Made by a program: the position numbers and the translations under genes. A stretch of DNA of 64,000 bases. Origin: Myxococcota bacterium. GTDB lineage: Bacteria > Myxococcota_A > UBA796 > CAJQPC01. The DNA lies in contig DASCPX010000016.1 in NCBI GenBank assembly GCA_036012755.1, positions 160,001 to 224,000 on the forward strand. Reading direction: 5' to 3'. A model generated the notes under the pieces. That model saw only the letters and a program-made list of their open reading frames with translations, did not search any database and had not been told where the DNA came from. This document shows, piece by piece, positions 9,567-18,697 of this stretch (its first letter is position 1; each line of letters opens with the position of its first letter).

Positions 9567-11377
9567 GCCTGGAGCGCCAGGCCGCTGAGTTGCCCAGGCA
9601 CAGCGGCGTCTACCTCTTTCGGGACGCCGAGAGCGCCGTGCTCTACGTCGGCAAGGCCAAGGACCTGCGCGCGCGAGTCCGCCAGTACCTCTCGGGCCAG
9701 GACGAGCGCTTCATGGTGCGCTTCCTCGTCGAGCAGTCCCAGAGCGTCGATGTCGTGCTGACGGACACGGAGAAGGAGGCGCTGATCCTCGAGAACACCC
9801 TGATCAAGCAGCATCGGCCGCCGTACAACGTCAAGCTTCGAGACGACAAGAACTTCCTCCACATCCGCATCGACCCCCGAGTGCAGTGGCCGATGTTCAC
9901 GATGGTGCGCCGCATCCGGGCCGACGGAGCGAAGACCTTCGGCCCATACTCATCGGCCCAGAAGGCCAGGCGGACACTGGCTTTCTTGCAGCGCAGCTTC
10001 CCACTGCGGACCTGCAGCGACGCGGTGCTGAGGTCTCGTCGGAAGCCCTGTCTGCTCCACCAGATGAGCCGCTGCGTCGCTCCCTGCGTGGAGGGCCACA
10101 CCACCCCCGAGCGGTACCAGGGCCTCGTCGAAGAGGCGACGCTGGTGCTGTCGGGTCGACGCCAGGACGCCCTTCTGCTGGTCCGAAGCCGCATGCGGGC
10201 CGCCGCCGAGGCCGAGGTCTTCGAGGAGGCCGCGCGCCTGCGGGACCTCGCTCGGGAGATCGAGGCGACCCTGGAGCGGCAGAAGGTGGTCGACCGCAAG
10301 CTCTCCAACCGAGACGTGTGGGGGGTCTTCCGAGAGGGTGACCTCGGCGCCATCGCGGTCTTGCCCGTGCGCGGCGGCATGCTCCGGGAGCCCTGGTTCC
10401 TGAGCATCCGCGGCGAGCCGGGGCCGCTGCCAGAGTGCCTGTCGGGCTGGTTGATGGCCGCCTACTCCGACGGGGGAGCACCGCCAGAGGTCCTGCTGCC
10501 CGAGCTCCCCGAAGAACACGAGGTCCTCTTGGAGCTCCTTCGCGAGGCCCGCGGCGGACGCCTCGCCCTCGTCGTCCCTCTTCGCGGCGACAAGAGGAGG
10601 CTCCTGGAGCTCGCCGAGGCCAACGCGCGGGATCGCTTTCGCCGAGAGGTGGACGAGGGACAGCGCCGCCACAAGACCCTGTCCGAGCTCGCGGACCTCG
10701 TCGGCCTCGACGCTCCCCCGCACCGGATCGAGTGCGTCGACAACAGCAACATCCAGGGTCACGACCCTGTCGCCAGCTGTGTGGTCTTCCTCGACGGCAG
10801 ACCTGCCAAGAAGGAGTACCGCCACTACCGCATCAAGACGGTCATCGGGCCGGACGACTACGCCTCGATGAAGGAGGTGCTCACCCGCCGCTTCACCCGA
10901 GCTGCCAGAGAGGGCCTGTTCCCCGATCTGTTGGTCGTCGACGGCGGAAGAGGACAGCTCGGAGTCGCGCTCGACGTGCTGTCCGAGCTCGGACTCGAGG
11001 ACCAGGCGGTGGTGGGCCTCGCCAAGCCCCGGGCCGAGCGCCTTCGAGGCGAGACCGACGCGGTCGACAAGATCCTGGTCCCCGGCGTCGACGAGCTCGT
11101 CCGCCTGCCCGACAACAGCCCGGTGCTCAACCTGCTGCGCCACCTCCGCGACGAGTCCCACCGCTTCGCCATCGCGTTTCACCGTCGCTCACGGCGGGTC
11201 TCTACGCTGAGGAGCAAGCTCGACGGCATCCCGGGTGTGGGCCCACGCCGCCGAAAGGCCCTGCTGACCCACTTCGGGAGCATGAAGAAGGTGGCCGCCG
11301 CCAGCGCCGAGGAGATCGCCGGCTGCCCGGGCATCGGGCCCGCGCTTGCGGCGGAGATCAACAAGTCGCTGGCATGA
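9563..11377 (+). CDS. uvrC: Excinuclease ABC subunit C
   Basis: GIY-YIG (GVYLF...LYVGKAKDLRARV..Y), UVR domain, RNase H-like IECVDNS/VDGGRGQ/RDESHRFA, C-terminal HhH. Confidence 0.97.
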   Translation: MSLERQAAELPRHSGVYLFRDAESAVLYVGKAKDLRARVRQYLSGQDERFMVRFLVEQSQSVDVVLTDTEKEALILENTLIKQHRPPYNVKLRDDKNFLHIRIDPRVQWPMFTMVRRIRADGAKTFGPYSSAQKARRTLAFLQRSFPLRTCSDAVLRSRRKPCLLHQMSRCVAPCVEGHTTPERYQGLVEEATLVLSGRRQDALLLVRSRMRAAAEAEVFEEAARLRDLAREIEATLERQKVVDRKLSNRDVWGVFREGDLGAIAVLPVRGGMLREPWFLSIRGEPGPLPECLSGWLMAAYSDGGAPPEVLLPELPEEHEVLLELLREARGGRLALVVPLRGDKRRLLELAEANARDRFRREVDEGQRRHKTLSELADLVGLDAPPHRIECVDNSNIQGHDPVASCVVFLDGRPAKKEYRHYRIKTVIGPDDYASMKEVLTRRFTRAAREGLFPDLLVVDGGRGQLGVALDVLSELGLEDQAVVGLAKPRAERLRGETDAVDKILVPGVDELVRLPDNSPVLNLLRHLRDESHRFAIAFHRRSRRVSTLRSKLDGIPGVGPRRRKALLTHFGSMKKVAAASAEEIAGCPGIGPALAAEINKSLA

Positions 11378-11437
11378 GTCCAGATTCGGTCACCGTCCGC
11401 GTTTGGTGGATCGGTGAGGCCCTTTCGGGCTCCCCGG

Positions 11438-14179
11438 CTAGCCGTCGCCGTCGAAGTGGTATGGGTCCTTCGCTGACAGGTCAGCGGCAGTGAGCTCCCG
11501 GCAGCTGTTCAGCTCCCCCTTGTGGATGCACAGCTCGTGGCTCCCTTCGTCGTCCGGTAGCGGCACTTCGGCGGGGGCCTTGCCGTAGTCGGAACCGTCG
11601 AAGGTGATGCGAGCGTTCGCCGGGTCCGTCGTGACCATGACCCACTCGCCCTCGCGCACCACGGCGGTGCTCGACCCGTTGTCGACCGTGGCCGGAGCGT
11701 CTTCGGCGGCCTCCGGGGTGTCGTCACCGGACAAGGCCACCCAGGCGCCGCCCAGCAGCACGAGCGCGAGCACCACCGCTACGCCGAGCTTGCCCTTGGA
11801 GGGCGGGTCCTGTTCGATCGGCATCCTGCGAGCTGGGGTGCTCGGCAGGACCTTGGAGATGTCCTGGGTCGAGCGCGGCTTGGTCTGCTCAGCGCCCCAC
11901 TTTCCGCTCCCGAGCTCCTGTTCCCGCTTGCTGCTGTCCCTGCTGACGCCGACCTCGCCGAGCATCCAGTCACCACCCCGGTCGCGGCCGCCGAGGATGC
12001 TGTTGACCTCGCCCGCTCCGAAGAGGATGTCGCTCGATGCCTCCTCCTGGAGCGGCTCCTCCGCGCGCTCCTTCGACGGCTGCTCGGGCTCGTCGACGAC
12101 CTGCCTGACGAAGGTCTTGCCGGGCTGTTGGACGATTGGCTTCTTGGGTGGAACGGCCGGCTCGATGGGGCCGTCGAAGTCCTCGGTCTCGTCGGTCGGC
12201 TCGAGCGGCCTGGTCTGCGCCGCTTTCTTCTGGGCCTTCTTGCGATCTGCCTCGACGCGGGCAGCTTCTTTCTTGCGGGCCTCGGCCTCGGCCTTCTTTC
12301 GGGCCTTCTCTCGAGCCTCTTCGGCCTTCTCTCGAGCGTCCTGGTCCGCTCTGCGGCGAGCTTCGGCCTTCGCGGCGCGGTGGGCATCCTCCTCGGCCCG
12401 CTTGCGCACGGCCTCCGCCTCCGCCTTCTTCCGGGCCTCTTCCTCCGCTCGACGCCGAGCCAGCGCTGCGGCGCGGGCGTGCGCGGCCTTCTTTCGAGCT
12501 TTCTCTTCGGCCTTCTTTCGAGCTTCGGCTTCCGTGGCGCGGCGGGCCTCCTCTGCCTTCCAGCGCTCCTCGGCCAGGCGAGCCGCTTCCTCCGCGGCAC
12601 GGCGAGCTTCTTCCGCCTTGTCCCGCTCCTCTTCGGCCTTGCGCTGGACCTCCTCGATACGGCAGGCCTCCTCTTCGGCGGCCTTGCGGGCGGCTTCGGC
12701 AGCCTGGCGCGCCTTCTTGCTGGCCTCCTTCTCCGCTGCGATGCGGGCCTCCTCCGCGCGCCCCCGGGCCTTCTCCGCCGCGCGACGTCCCTCGTCGGCC
12801 TTCCGCGCAGCTTCACCCTCGAGACGAGCGCGTTCCTCGGCCTCGCGGCGGGCCTCTTCGGCGGCGTGGCGCTCGGCCTCGCGCTGGCGCGCTTCCTCGG
12901 CGGCACGGGCCTCGTCCTCGGCCTTCCTGCGGGCGTCGACCGCGTCGCGACACATCTGCTCCAAACGCTCGCGTTCCTCGCTGAGCTCCTGCAGTTGCGC
13001 TTCGACGGCAACGTTGCGGGCTTCCTCGGTGGCCCGACGAGCATTGGCCTCCTCCTGCTCGCGACGCGCCTGCTCTTCGAGGCGCTGGCGAACCTCCTCC
13101 TCGACCCGACGGCGGGTCTCCTCCTCGACTTCCCTGCGAAGCTCGGCTTCGCGCTCGGCGGCGGCCACCTTGGCGGCGGCCTCGCGCTTCTCGGCCTCCA
13201 GACGAGCCTCGGCCTGCCGGATGGCCTCGGCGGCTTCGGCCTGAACCGCCACTTCTCGTTTGGCATCGTCTGCGCGACGGGCTTCGTCAGCGCGTCGAGC
13301 CTCCTCGAGGCGCCTTCGCTTCGACTCACGACGGGCGTCGTCCTCGTCCTGGCCCCGGGTGACCACCCGCGGGCTCCGGCCCAGCACGCTTGGCGCTGTG
13401 GTGGGGGCGGGGGGAGCGACCTCGACCACGCCGAGGCTGCGCAGCGCGCGCCCGACACCGACCTCCTCGAGCAGCTCGACGACCAAGGCGTCCGGATCCA
13501 GCTGCGAGGTGTGGAAGAGGGCGGACAGAGCCTGGACGAGCGCTCGAGCAGGGTGCAGCCGGAGGCGGGAACGCTCGCGCAGCATGCCGGTGAGCACGAG
13601 CATTGCGCGGCTGGCGTCGAGCCCCTCGAGCTCGACCGGCGCGACCATCTTGGGGGGCCACACCTCGCCCTGCAGGTAGCGCACGACGGCTCCGAGTACT
13701 CTGCAGTCGGTCGCAGGCCCGATGTCGTCGCCGCCCGGCTCGGTCATCGCGGGGAAGTGCAACGCTGGCCGAATCCGCAGCACGCCGCCCTCGTCGAAGC
13801 CGATCCCCTCGGGGTGCAGGTGCCCGTGCCAGCTGCTCGTGTCATGGACACCGCGCAGGGCCTCGGCCACCAGGAGTACGATCGCGAAGGCAGCGGGGTC
13901 CTCGAGCGGACGCCGGAGCGCCGTGAGGGGGACCTTGAGGGCGGAACGGCTGACCACCCAGGCCTCGCCATCCTCGACTCCCCAGGTCAACTCCGCGAAG
14001 GGGCCCCCGCGGGGCAAGGACGCGGCCTCTGCCGCCAGCACTTCGGGGCCCAGGAAGATCTCTGCGGTGCCGCTGTCGCCTTCGGCGGACCAGCGCTGCA
14101 CGTCGCGGCGAGAGGACTGCAGGCGGTTCGTCGGACGGAAGCCGGCGAAGGTCCGCGCCTGCGGGTTGGGAGCGGCCAT
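11438..14179 (-). CDS. Pseudokinase-like N-terminus + long Ala/Glu/Arg/Lys coiled coil + TM + PEGA domain protein
   Basis: AEALRGVH...WHGHLHPEGI (degenerate catalytic loop), DCRVLG; long EEARRKA repeats; TM LGVAVVLALVLLGGAWV; VTTDPANARITFDG..YGKAP (PEGA). Confidence 0.75.
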   Translation of the reverse strand: MAAPNPQARTFAGFRPTNRLQSSRRDVQRWSAEGDSGTAEIFLGPEVLAAEAASLPRGGPFAELTWGVEDGEAWVVSRSALKVPLTALRRPLEDPAAFAIVLLVAEALRGVHDTSSWHGHLHPEGIGFDEGGVLRIRPALHFPAMTEPGGDDIGPATDCRVLGAVVRYLQGEVWPPKMVAPVELEGLDASRAMLVLTGMLRERSRLRLHPARALVQALSALFHTSQLDPDALVVELLEEVGVGRALRSLGVVEVAPPAPTTAPSVLGRSPRVVTRGQDEDDARRESKRRRLEEARRADEARRADDAKREVAVQAEAAEAIRQAEARLEAEKREAAAKVAAAEREAELRREVEEETRRRVEEEVRQRLEEQARREQEEANARRATEEARNVAVEAQLQELSEERERLEQMCRDAVDARRKAEDEARAAEEARQREAERHAAEEARREAEERARLEGEAARKADEGRRAAEKARGRAEEARIAAEKEASKKARQAAEAARKAAEEEACRIEEVQRKAEEERDKAEEARRAAEEAARLAEERWKAEEARRATEAEARKKAEEKARKKAAHARAAALARRRAEEEARKKAEAEAVRKRAEEDAHRAAKAEARRRADQDAREKAEEAREKARKKAEAEARKKEAARVEADRKKAQKKAAQTRPLEPTDETEDFDGPIEPAVPPKKPIVQQPGKTFVRQVVDEPEQPSKERAEEPLQEEASSDILFGAGEVNSILGGRDRGGDWMLGEVGVSRDSSKREQELGSGKWGAEQTKPRSTQDISKVLPSTPARRMPIEQDPPSKGKLGVAVVLALVLLGGAWVALSGDDTPEAAEDAPATVDNGSSTAVVREGEWVMVTTDPANARITFDGSDYGKAPAEVPLPDDEGSHELCIHKGELNSCRELTAADLSAKDPYHFDGDG

Positions 14180-14306
14180 CGGCGTCGAGCATAACCGGGC
14201 TCGAACCTCCGGTGAGCTTCCCGACGCCGAGCCTGTTGATCGGCGTCGATCCGGTGGTTAGCCCCGGAGGCCCCCGCCATGGCATTGGCGGGGCACGGAG
14301 AGAGCA

Positions 14307-17300
14307 ATGAACCGCGTCGAGGATGCCATCCAGAAGGGTCGCTGCGTCATCGCGTTTGGCGGCCGCACACTGGCTGAAGACAACGTGCTCGTGGAGCTTC
14401 GCCGGCGCAGCGGCATTCCAGCGGTCATGTTGGGCGGGGACGCCGTCCAGCCGGCTCAGGCCTTGAGCGCAGAGGCCATCGCGCCCGCGACCGCCAGCCA
14501 AGGCGGCATCCTTGTGCTGATCGAGCCGGACGCGGGCACCGACGGGCGAGCGCTCGAGAGCCTCGGCGGTCTGCTCAAGGCGGCCCCGAACAAGCCTCGC
14601 GTGCACATCGTGGCGCGCGCCTTCAACCCCTTCCTCCTTCCGATGTCGATGCGCCTGTTGAAGCTCGACCAGCACAAGGTCCGAGCGAAGGACTTCATGG
14701 CGCGACTGCCCATGGTCGCCCCCGGGGGACCGGCCCCGGACAAGAAGAAGGCGAAGAAGCAGAAGAGCGGTCCTCGGGCGCCACGGATCGAATTCATCGG
14801 GCGTGAGGAGGAGCTGGCGGAGCTCGCCCACGTCCTCTCCGAGCCTGGCCCGGTCGCGGTCGTCGGCCACCCGGGCGTCGGTCGTACCTGGCTCGTCGAG
14901 AAGGCACTGGAGGCCTCGGAGCTCCGACGCCTGCCCGACTTCCTGGTCGAGGACGGCTCCGGCTTCGACACCCTCGCGGCTCGCATCGCCGAGGCCAGCG
15001 GGGACGACGCGGTCAAGAAGCTGGTGCGGAGCGGCGAGCGCGCACCGATGGACGTGATCGAGGGGCTCACCGCCGCCATGGAGGGCGAGGCCTTCGAGAA
15101 CACGGCGATGGTCTTCCGCAACCTGCGCTACTTGCAGCACCCGGACGGCTCCATCGCGCGGCGGGACCGGCTCAGCCTGTTTGTCATGGCGCTGTTGAGC
15201 CGCCCCACGCAGTGCCGGGTGGTGTTCGTGACGGATCGCAAGCCCGCGCTCTACGGAGACGGGCAGACAGCCGCGATCCGAGTCGTCGCGCTCGGTGGTC
15301 TGCGTGGAAAGGACCTCCATGCCATCTGGGAGGCCTACGGGGCCAGCGAGGTCGATCGCGCCAAGATGGGCCAGGTGTTCTCAACTACCGGCGGTCACGC
15401 CCTCGCCAACCGCGCCTTCGCGATCGCCTGGGCGGGGAAGAAGGACGACGGGCTCATCGACGGGAAGAAGTTCCTGAAGCTGACCGAGCGCAACGTCGAG
15501 CCGCTCTCCCGCCACCTGATGCGGCGGGTCGAGAAGCTGCCCTCCAGTCTCTCTCGCGCCCTGGCTACGGCGGCGCACGCCAGCCTCCCCGTCAGCGGAC
15601 GAGAGCTCAGCGAGCTGGGTCTGAACCGGGAACGTCGCACCGAGCTGCTCGTCGCCGGCCTGCTGGACGCCCTGCCGGTCGGTGAGCCTCGCGAGTACCG
15701 GGTCCACCCCCTCGTCAGGCGCACGATGCATCCCCGCGCCCTGTCCGACTTCGACACGCTCGAGGTCCTTGGCCGCTTGCAGCGCCAGCGCGCGGAGGCG
15801 GCCGAGGGTGTCGACGCCCTCGCCTGGCACCAGCGGGCCAACCGCACCCTGACCGCGGCCCGCCGGCGTCGGGGACTTCGGGATGTCGGCTACCCCGACA
15901 ACGACGGGGCGCTGGATTCCGTTCGCGGCATCCTCCGCAACCAGAAGAACCCGCGCTTCGACGTCGCGCTGCAGATCATCCGGCCCGTCCGTCGGAGCGC
16001 CCCTCGGGACCCCGAGGCCGCCTGCCTCGAGGCCTGGGTGCTGCACTACAACGACAAGACCGACGAGGCCGAGGCGGTCTTCGCCGACGCCCGGACCAAC
16101 GCAGCCACTCCAGAGGTCTTCCACACAGAGGCCAGCTGGCGCCTCGAGCGCCGACAGAAGGGTGATGTGCAGAAGGCAGCGGAGGCCCTGCAAGCGGGCA
16201 CGGCGGTCTTCCCCGGCGACGGCACGCTCTGGCGTCGCCTCGGGGCGATCCAGCAGGTGGAGCTCAACCGCCAGAAGGACGCCGAGGCGTCGTTCCGCAA
16301 GTCCCTGGAGGTCGAGCCCGGAGCACCAGAGGCCTGGTCCCGCTTGGGCGAGGTCCTGCTGGCGCAGGGCCCGGACAGGCACGCCGACGCCGAGCAGGCG
16401 ATCCGCTACGCCCTCGGGCTGGAGCCCGAGCGCCCGACCCATGGCTACCGCCTCGCGCGCTTGCTGCGCCGTCGCGCGCTGGTGGCAGAGGACGCAGAGA
16501 CCCGCGCCGCGCTCAACGCCGAGGCAAAGGCCGGCCTGGAGAAGGCCGTCCAGGCCCATCCTCGCAACCCCGGCCCCTACCTGGAGCTGGCGGAGCTGCT
16601 GCTCGAGCTCGGGGAGTCCCTCGATCGCGCCGAGTGGTGTGCGCGCAAGGCCGCGAAGATCCGCAAGACGCCAGCAGGTCAGGTCCTGAAGGCGCGCATC
16701 CTCGCCCGGACCGGTCGCACCGCAGAGGCAGAGGCCGCCATCCAGCGCCTCGCCGGCCAGAAGGGCAGCCAGCACCAGGCGCACGCTGCGCTATCGGAGC
16801 TGTTCTTCGCCCAGCGCAAGGTCTTCGCCGCGGATCAGGAGCTGCACAAGGCCATACAGCTGTGTCCCGAGAGCAGCCCGGCGTTTTCCCGCTACAAGCT
16901 CGAGAAGGCACGCCTCGAGCTCTTGATCTCCAGCGGCCAGGCCACGGAGATCGAGCGCCAGGCGGACCAGGAGCAGACGGCCATCGCTGATGCCGCTGCG
17001 GCCGAGGTCAAGACGACCCACGACCGCGGCACCGTGGTGCGCCGAAAGGGAAAGAAGGACAAGGGCGACGTCGTCGTCGGAGATCTCGGCAGCCAGACCG
17101 TTCCCCTGAAGCAGGCCCAGGAGACCCCGGTGGAAGCCCAGGAGATCCCGGTCGAGGAGACCCCGGTGGAGGCCCAGGAGATCCCGGTCGAGGAGACCCC
17201 GGTGGAAGCCCAGGAGCCCCCGGTGGAGGAGACCCCGGTGGAGGAGACCCCGGTGGAAGCCCAGGAGACCCCCAAGACCGCGCCAGAGGCGCAGTCCGCG

Positions 17301-17336
17301 GAGCCCTCGGCGCCAGAGCCCGTCGAAGAGGCGTGA
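14307..17336 (+). CDS. STAND-like P-loop/TPR protein with C-terminal ETPVE repeats
   Basis: GGAGAG RBS; FIGREEEL...VVGHPGVGRTWL; GGHALA; YRVHPLVR (MHD-like); multiple TPRs. Confidence 0.8.
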   Translation: MNRVEDAIQKGRCVIAFGGRTLAEDNVLVELRRRSGIPAVMLGGDAVQPAQALSAEAIAPATASQGGILVLIEPDAGTDGRALESLGGLLKAAPNKPRVHIVARAFNPFLLPMSMRLLKLDQHKVRAKDFMARLPMVAPGGPAPDKKKAKKQKSGPRAPRIEFIGREEELAELAHVLSEPGPVAVVGHPGVGRTWLVEKALEASELRRLPDFLVEDGSGFDTLAARIAEASGDDAVKKLVRSGERAPMDVIEGLTAAMEGEAFENTAMVFRNLRYLQHPDGSIARRDRLSLFVMALLSRPTQCRVVFVTDRKPALYGDGQTAAIRVVALGGLRGKDLHAIWEAYGASEVDRAKMGQVFSTTGGHALANRAFAIAWAGKKDDGLIDGKKFLKLTERNVEPLSRHLMRRVEKLPSSLSRALATAAHASLPVSGRELSELGLNRERRTELLVAGLLDALPVGEPREYRVHPLVRRTMHPRALSDFDTLEVLGRLQRQRAEAAEGVDALAWHQRANRTLTAARRRRGLRDVGYPDNDGALDSVRGILRNQKNPRFDVALQIIRPVRRSAPRDPEAACLEAWVLHYNDKTDEAEAVFADARTNAATPEVFHTEASWRLERRQKGDVQKAAEALQAGTAVFPGDGTLWRRLGAIQQVELNRQKDAEASFRKSLEVEPGAPEAWSRLGEVLLAQGPDRHADAEQAIRYALGLEPERPTHGYRLARLLRRRALVAEDAETRAALNAEAKAGLEKAVQAHPRNPGPYLELAELLLELGESLDRAEWCARKAAKIRKTPAGQVLKARILARTGRTAEAEAAIQRLAGQKGSQHQAHAALSELFFAQRKVFAADQELHKAIQLCPESSPAFSRYKLEKARLELLISSGQATEIERQADQEQTAIADAAAAEVKTTHDRGTVVRRKGKKDKGDVVVGDLGSQTVPLKQAQETPVEAQEIPVEETPVEAQEIPVEETPVEAQEPPVEETPVEETPVEAQETPKTAPEAQSAEPSAPEPVEEA
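17121..17270 (+). repeat. Intragenic tandem repeat, about 36-bp unit (ETPVEAQEIPVE), about 4 copies
   Basis: GAGACCCCGGTGGAAGCCCAGGAGATCCCGGTCGAG repeated with variants. Confidence 0.9.
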
Positions 17337-17483
17337 AGAGAGTGCGATCGGGCTGAAAGAAAGGAACCGCTCGTACGTCTACCGGTCGGAACCAGAGGTG
17401 CACATCTGCTGCACGAAGGTTCACCCGCGTTTCAACTCGATCCCGAGCCTGTCGCGGGTAGCTTGGAAGCACTGGGGACCTTG

Positions 17484-18587
17484 ATGCATCTCGTCCACAC
17501 CTCGTCCACCTTCCTCCTCCTCGGACTCGCTTGGGTGATGGCCCTGTCCATCATCTTCCGGCCCTCCTGGCAGCTTCGTCCCTCGCTCACCCAGGCCCTC
17601 TTCGCCGGGGCATTGGCCGTCGAAGCAGCCCTCTGCATCGGTCTCTGGGAGATCGAGGCCTCTCCCGGACTGTCGACCTGGACCCCGATGCTGGTCCTCG
17701 CCGCGGGTGGCGCGATGGCCGTCGGCGCGCTCAGGCGTGGCCGAACCCCGGCCGAAGTCCGCTCGATCCGCCACTGGCGCGGGGGCATCGCCCTGTTCGC
17801 TGTCGGCGCCCTCGTGGCCAACTGGAAGCGGCTGGAGGCCCTCGAGTACCTCGGCCGCACCAGCCTCGAGCAGGACCTCATCGCCAACGCGACCGGGATC
17901 GCGGGCTTCGCCGCCCTCGCCCTGATCGTCGTGGCCGCTGCACCCGTGATCGCCGTCCACCGTCAGCGCTGGCTCCGGCGTGCCGCCGTGCCGCTGGCGG
18001 CCGCGCTCATCCTGGGACTTCCCTTCCTCTTTGCTCCCGCGGCGCTGGCCATCGACGCTACCTGTGAGAGCTCGGTGGGCATCGAGAAGGCCTGGTGTCG
18101 GCGAAGCAGCTCCGGTCACGTCGTCGAGAGCTACGCCCTTCGCAGTGAGCTCTGGTATCCGGACGGCGGCGTCCTCACGAGCCAGTCCGCTCGCCTGGCT
18201 GGTCGAGTCCCCATCGACGAGGACACCTGGTACGAGGGCTTCGCCAAGGGTGACGGGACAGGACTCCGCGTCGGGAGCGCCCTGGCGATCGACGGCTACG
18301 TGACGCCGGAGCGATTCACGACCAACCTCGTCAACGGCCTCGACGACATAGAGGACTGCTTCGTCCGGGCAGAGAAGCGCGGCGCCATCGAGCCGGGCAC
18401 CCACGAGCTCATGCTCCACGCCGAGTACTCCGAGCTCACCTCGGCCTATGTCGAGTCCGGCGACGCCGACCTCGACCTCTGCGTCGCCGACACTCGCTGG
18501 CTCTCCAACCTCGGCAAATCCGGGGCGACCGACGTGGCGGTGGAGCTCGTCTACCCGGGCCAGGGCACAGAGGTCGCCCAGCGCTGA
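17484..18587 (+). CDS. Hypothetical polytopic membrane protein with C-terminal soluble domain
   Basis: About 6 hydrophobic helices, then a Cys-containing domain; start uncertain (17463/17481/17484). Confidence 0.65.
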   Translation: MHLVHTSSTFLLLGLAWVMALSIIFRPSWQLRPSLTQALFAGALAVEAALCIGLWEIEASPGLSTWTPMLVLAAGGAMAVGALRRGRTPAEVRSIRHWRGGIALFAVGALVANWKRLEALEYLGRTSLEQDLIANATGIAGFAALALIVVAAAPVIAVHRQRWLRRAAVPLAAALILGLPFLFAPAALAIDATCESSVGIEKAWCRRSSSGHVVESYALRSELWYPDGGVLTSQSARLAGRVPIDEDTWYEGFAKGDGTGLRVGSALAIDGYVTPERFTTNLVNGLDDIEDCFVRAEKRGAIEPGTHELMLHAEYSELTSAYVESGDADLDLCVADTRWLSNLGKSGATDVAVELVYPGQGTEVAQR

Positions 18588-18697
18588 CCCAGAGTCAGGG
18601 TGCGCGCATGTCCGATCCAGCCGGGCTCCTGCAGCGCGTCCCCGAGTTCGCCCGGGGCTGCGGCAGCTGGCCCGACACCCTGACGTAGGATCGCTCC

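Noticed and set aside
17121..17270. 36-bp periodic repeat as CRISPR
   Set aside because: It is an in-frame coding tandem repeat with no unique spacers.
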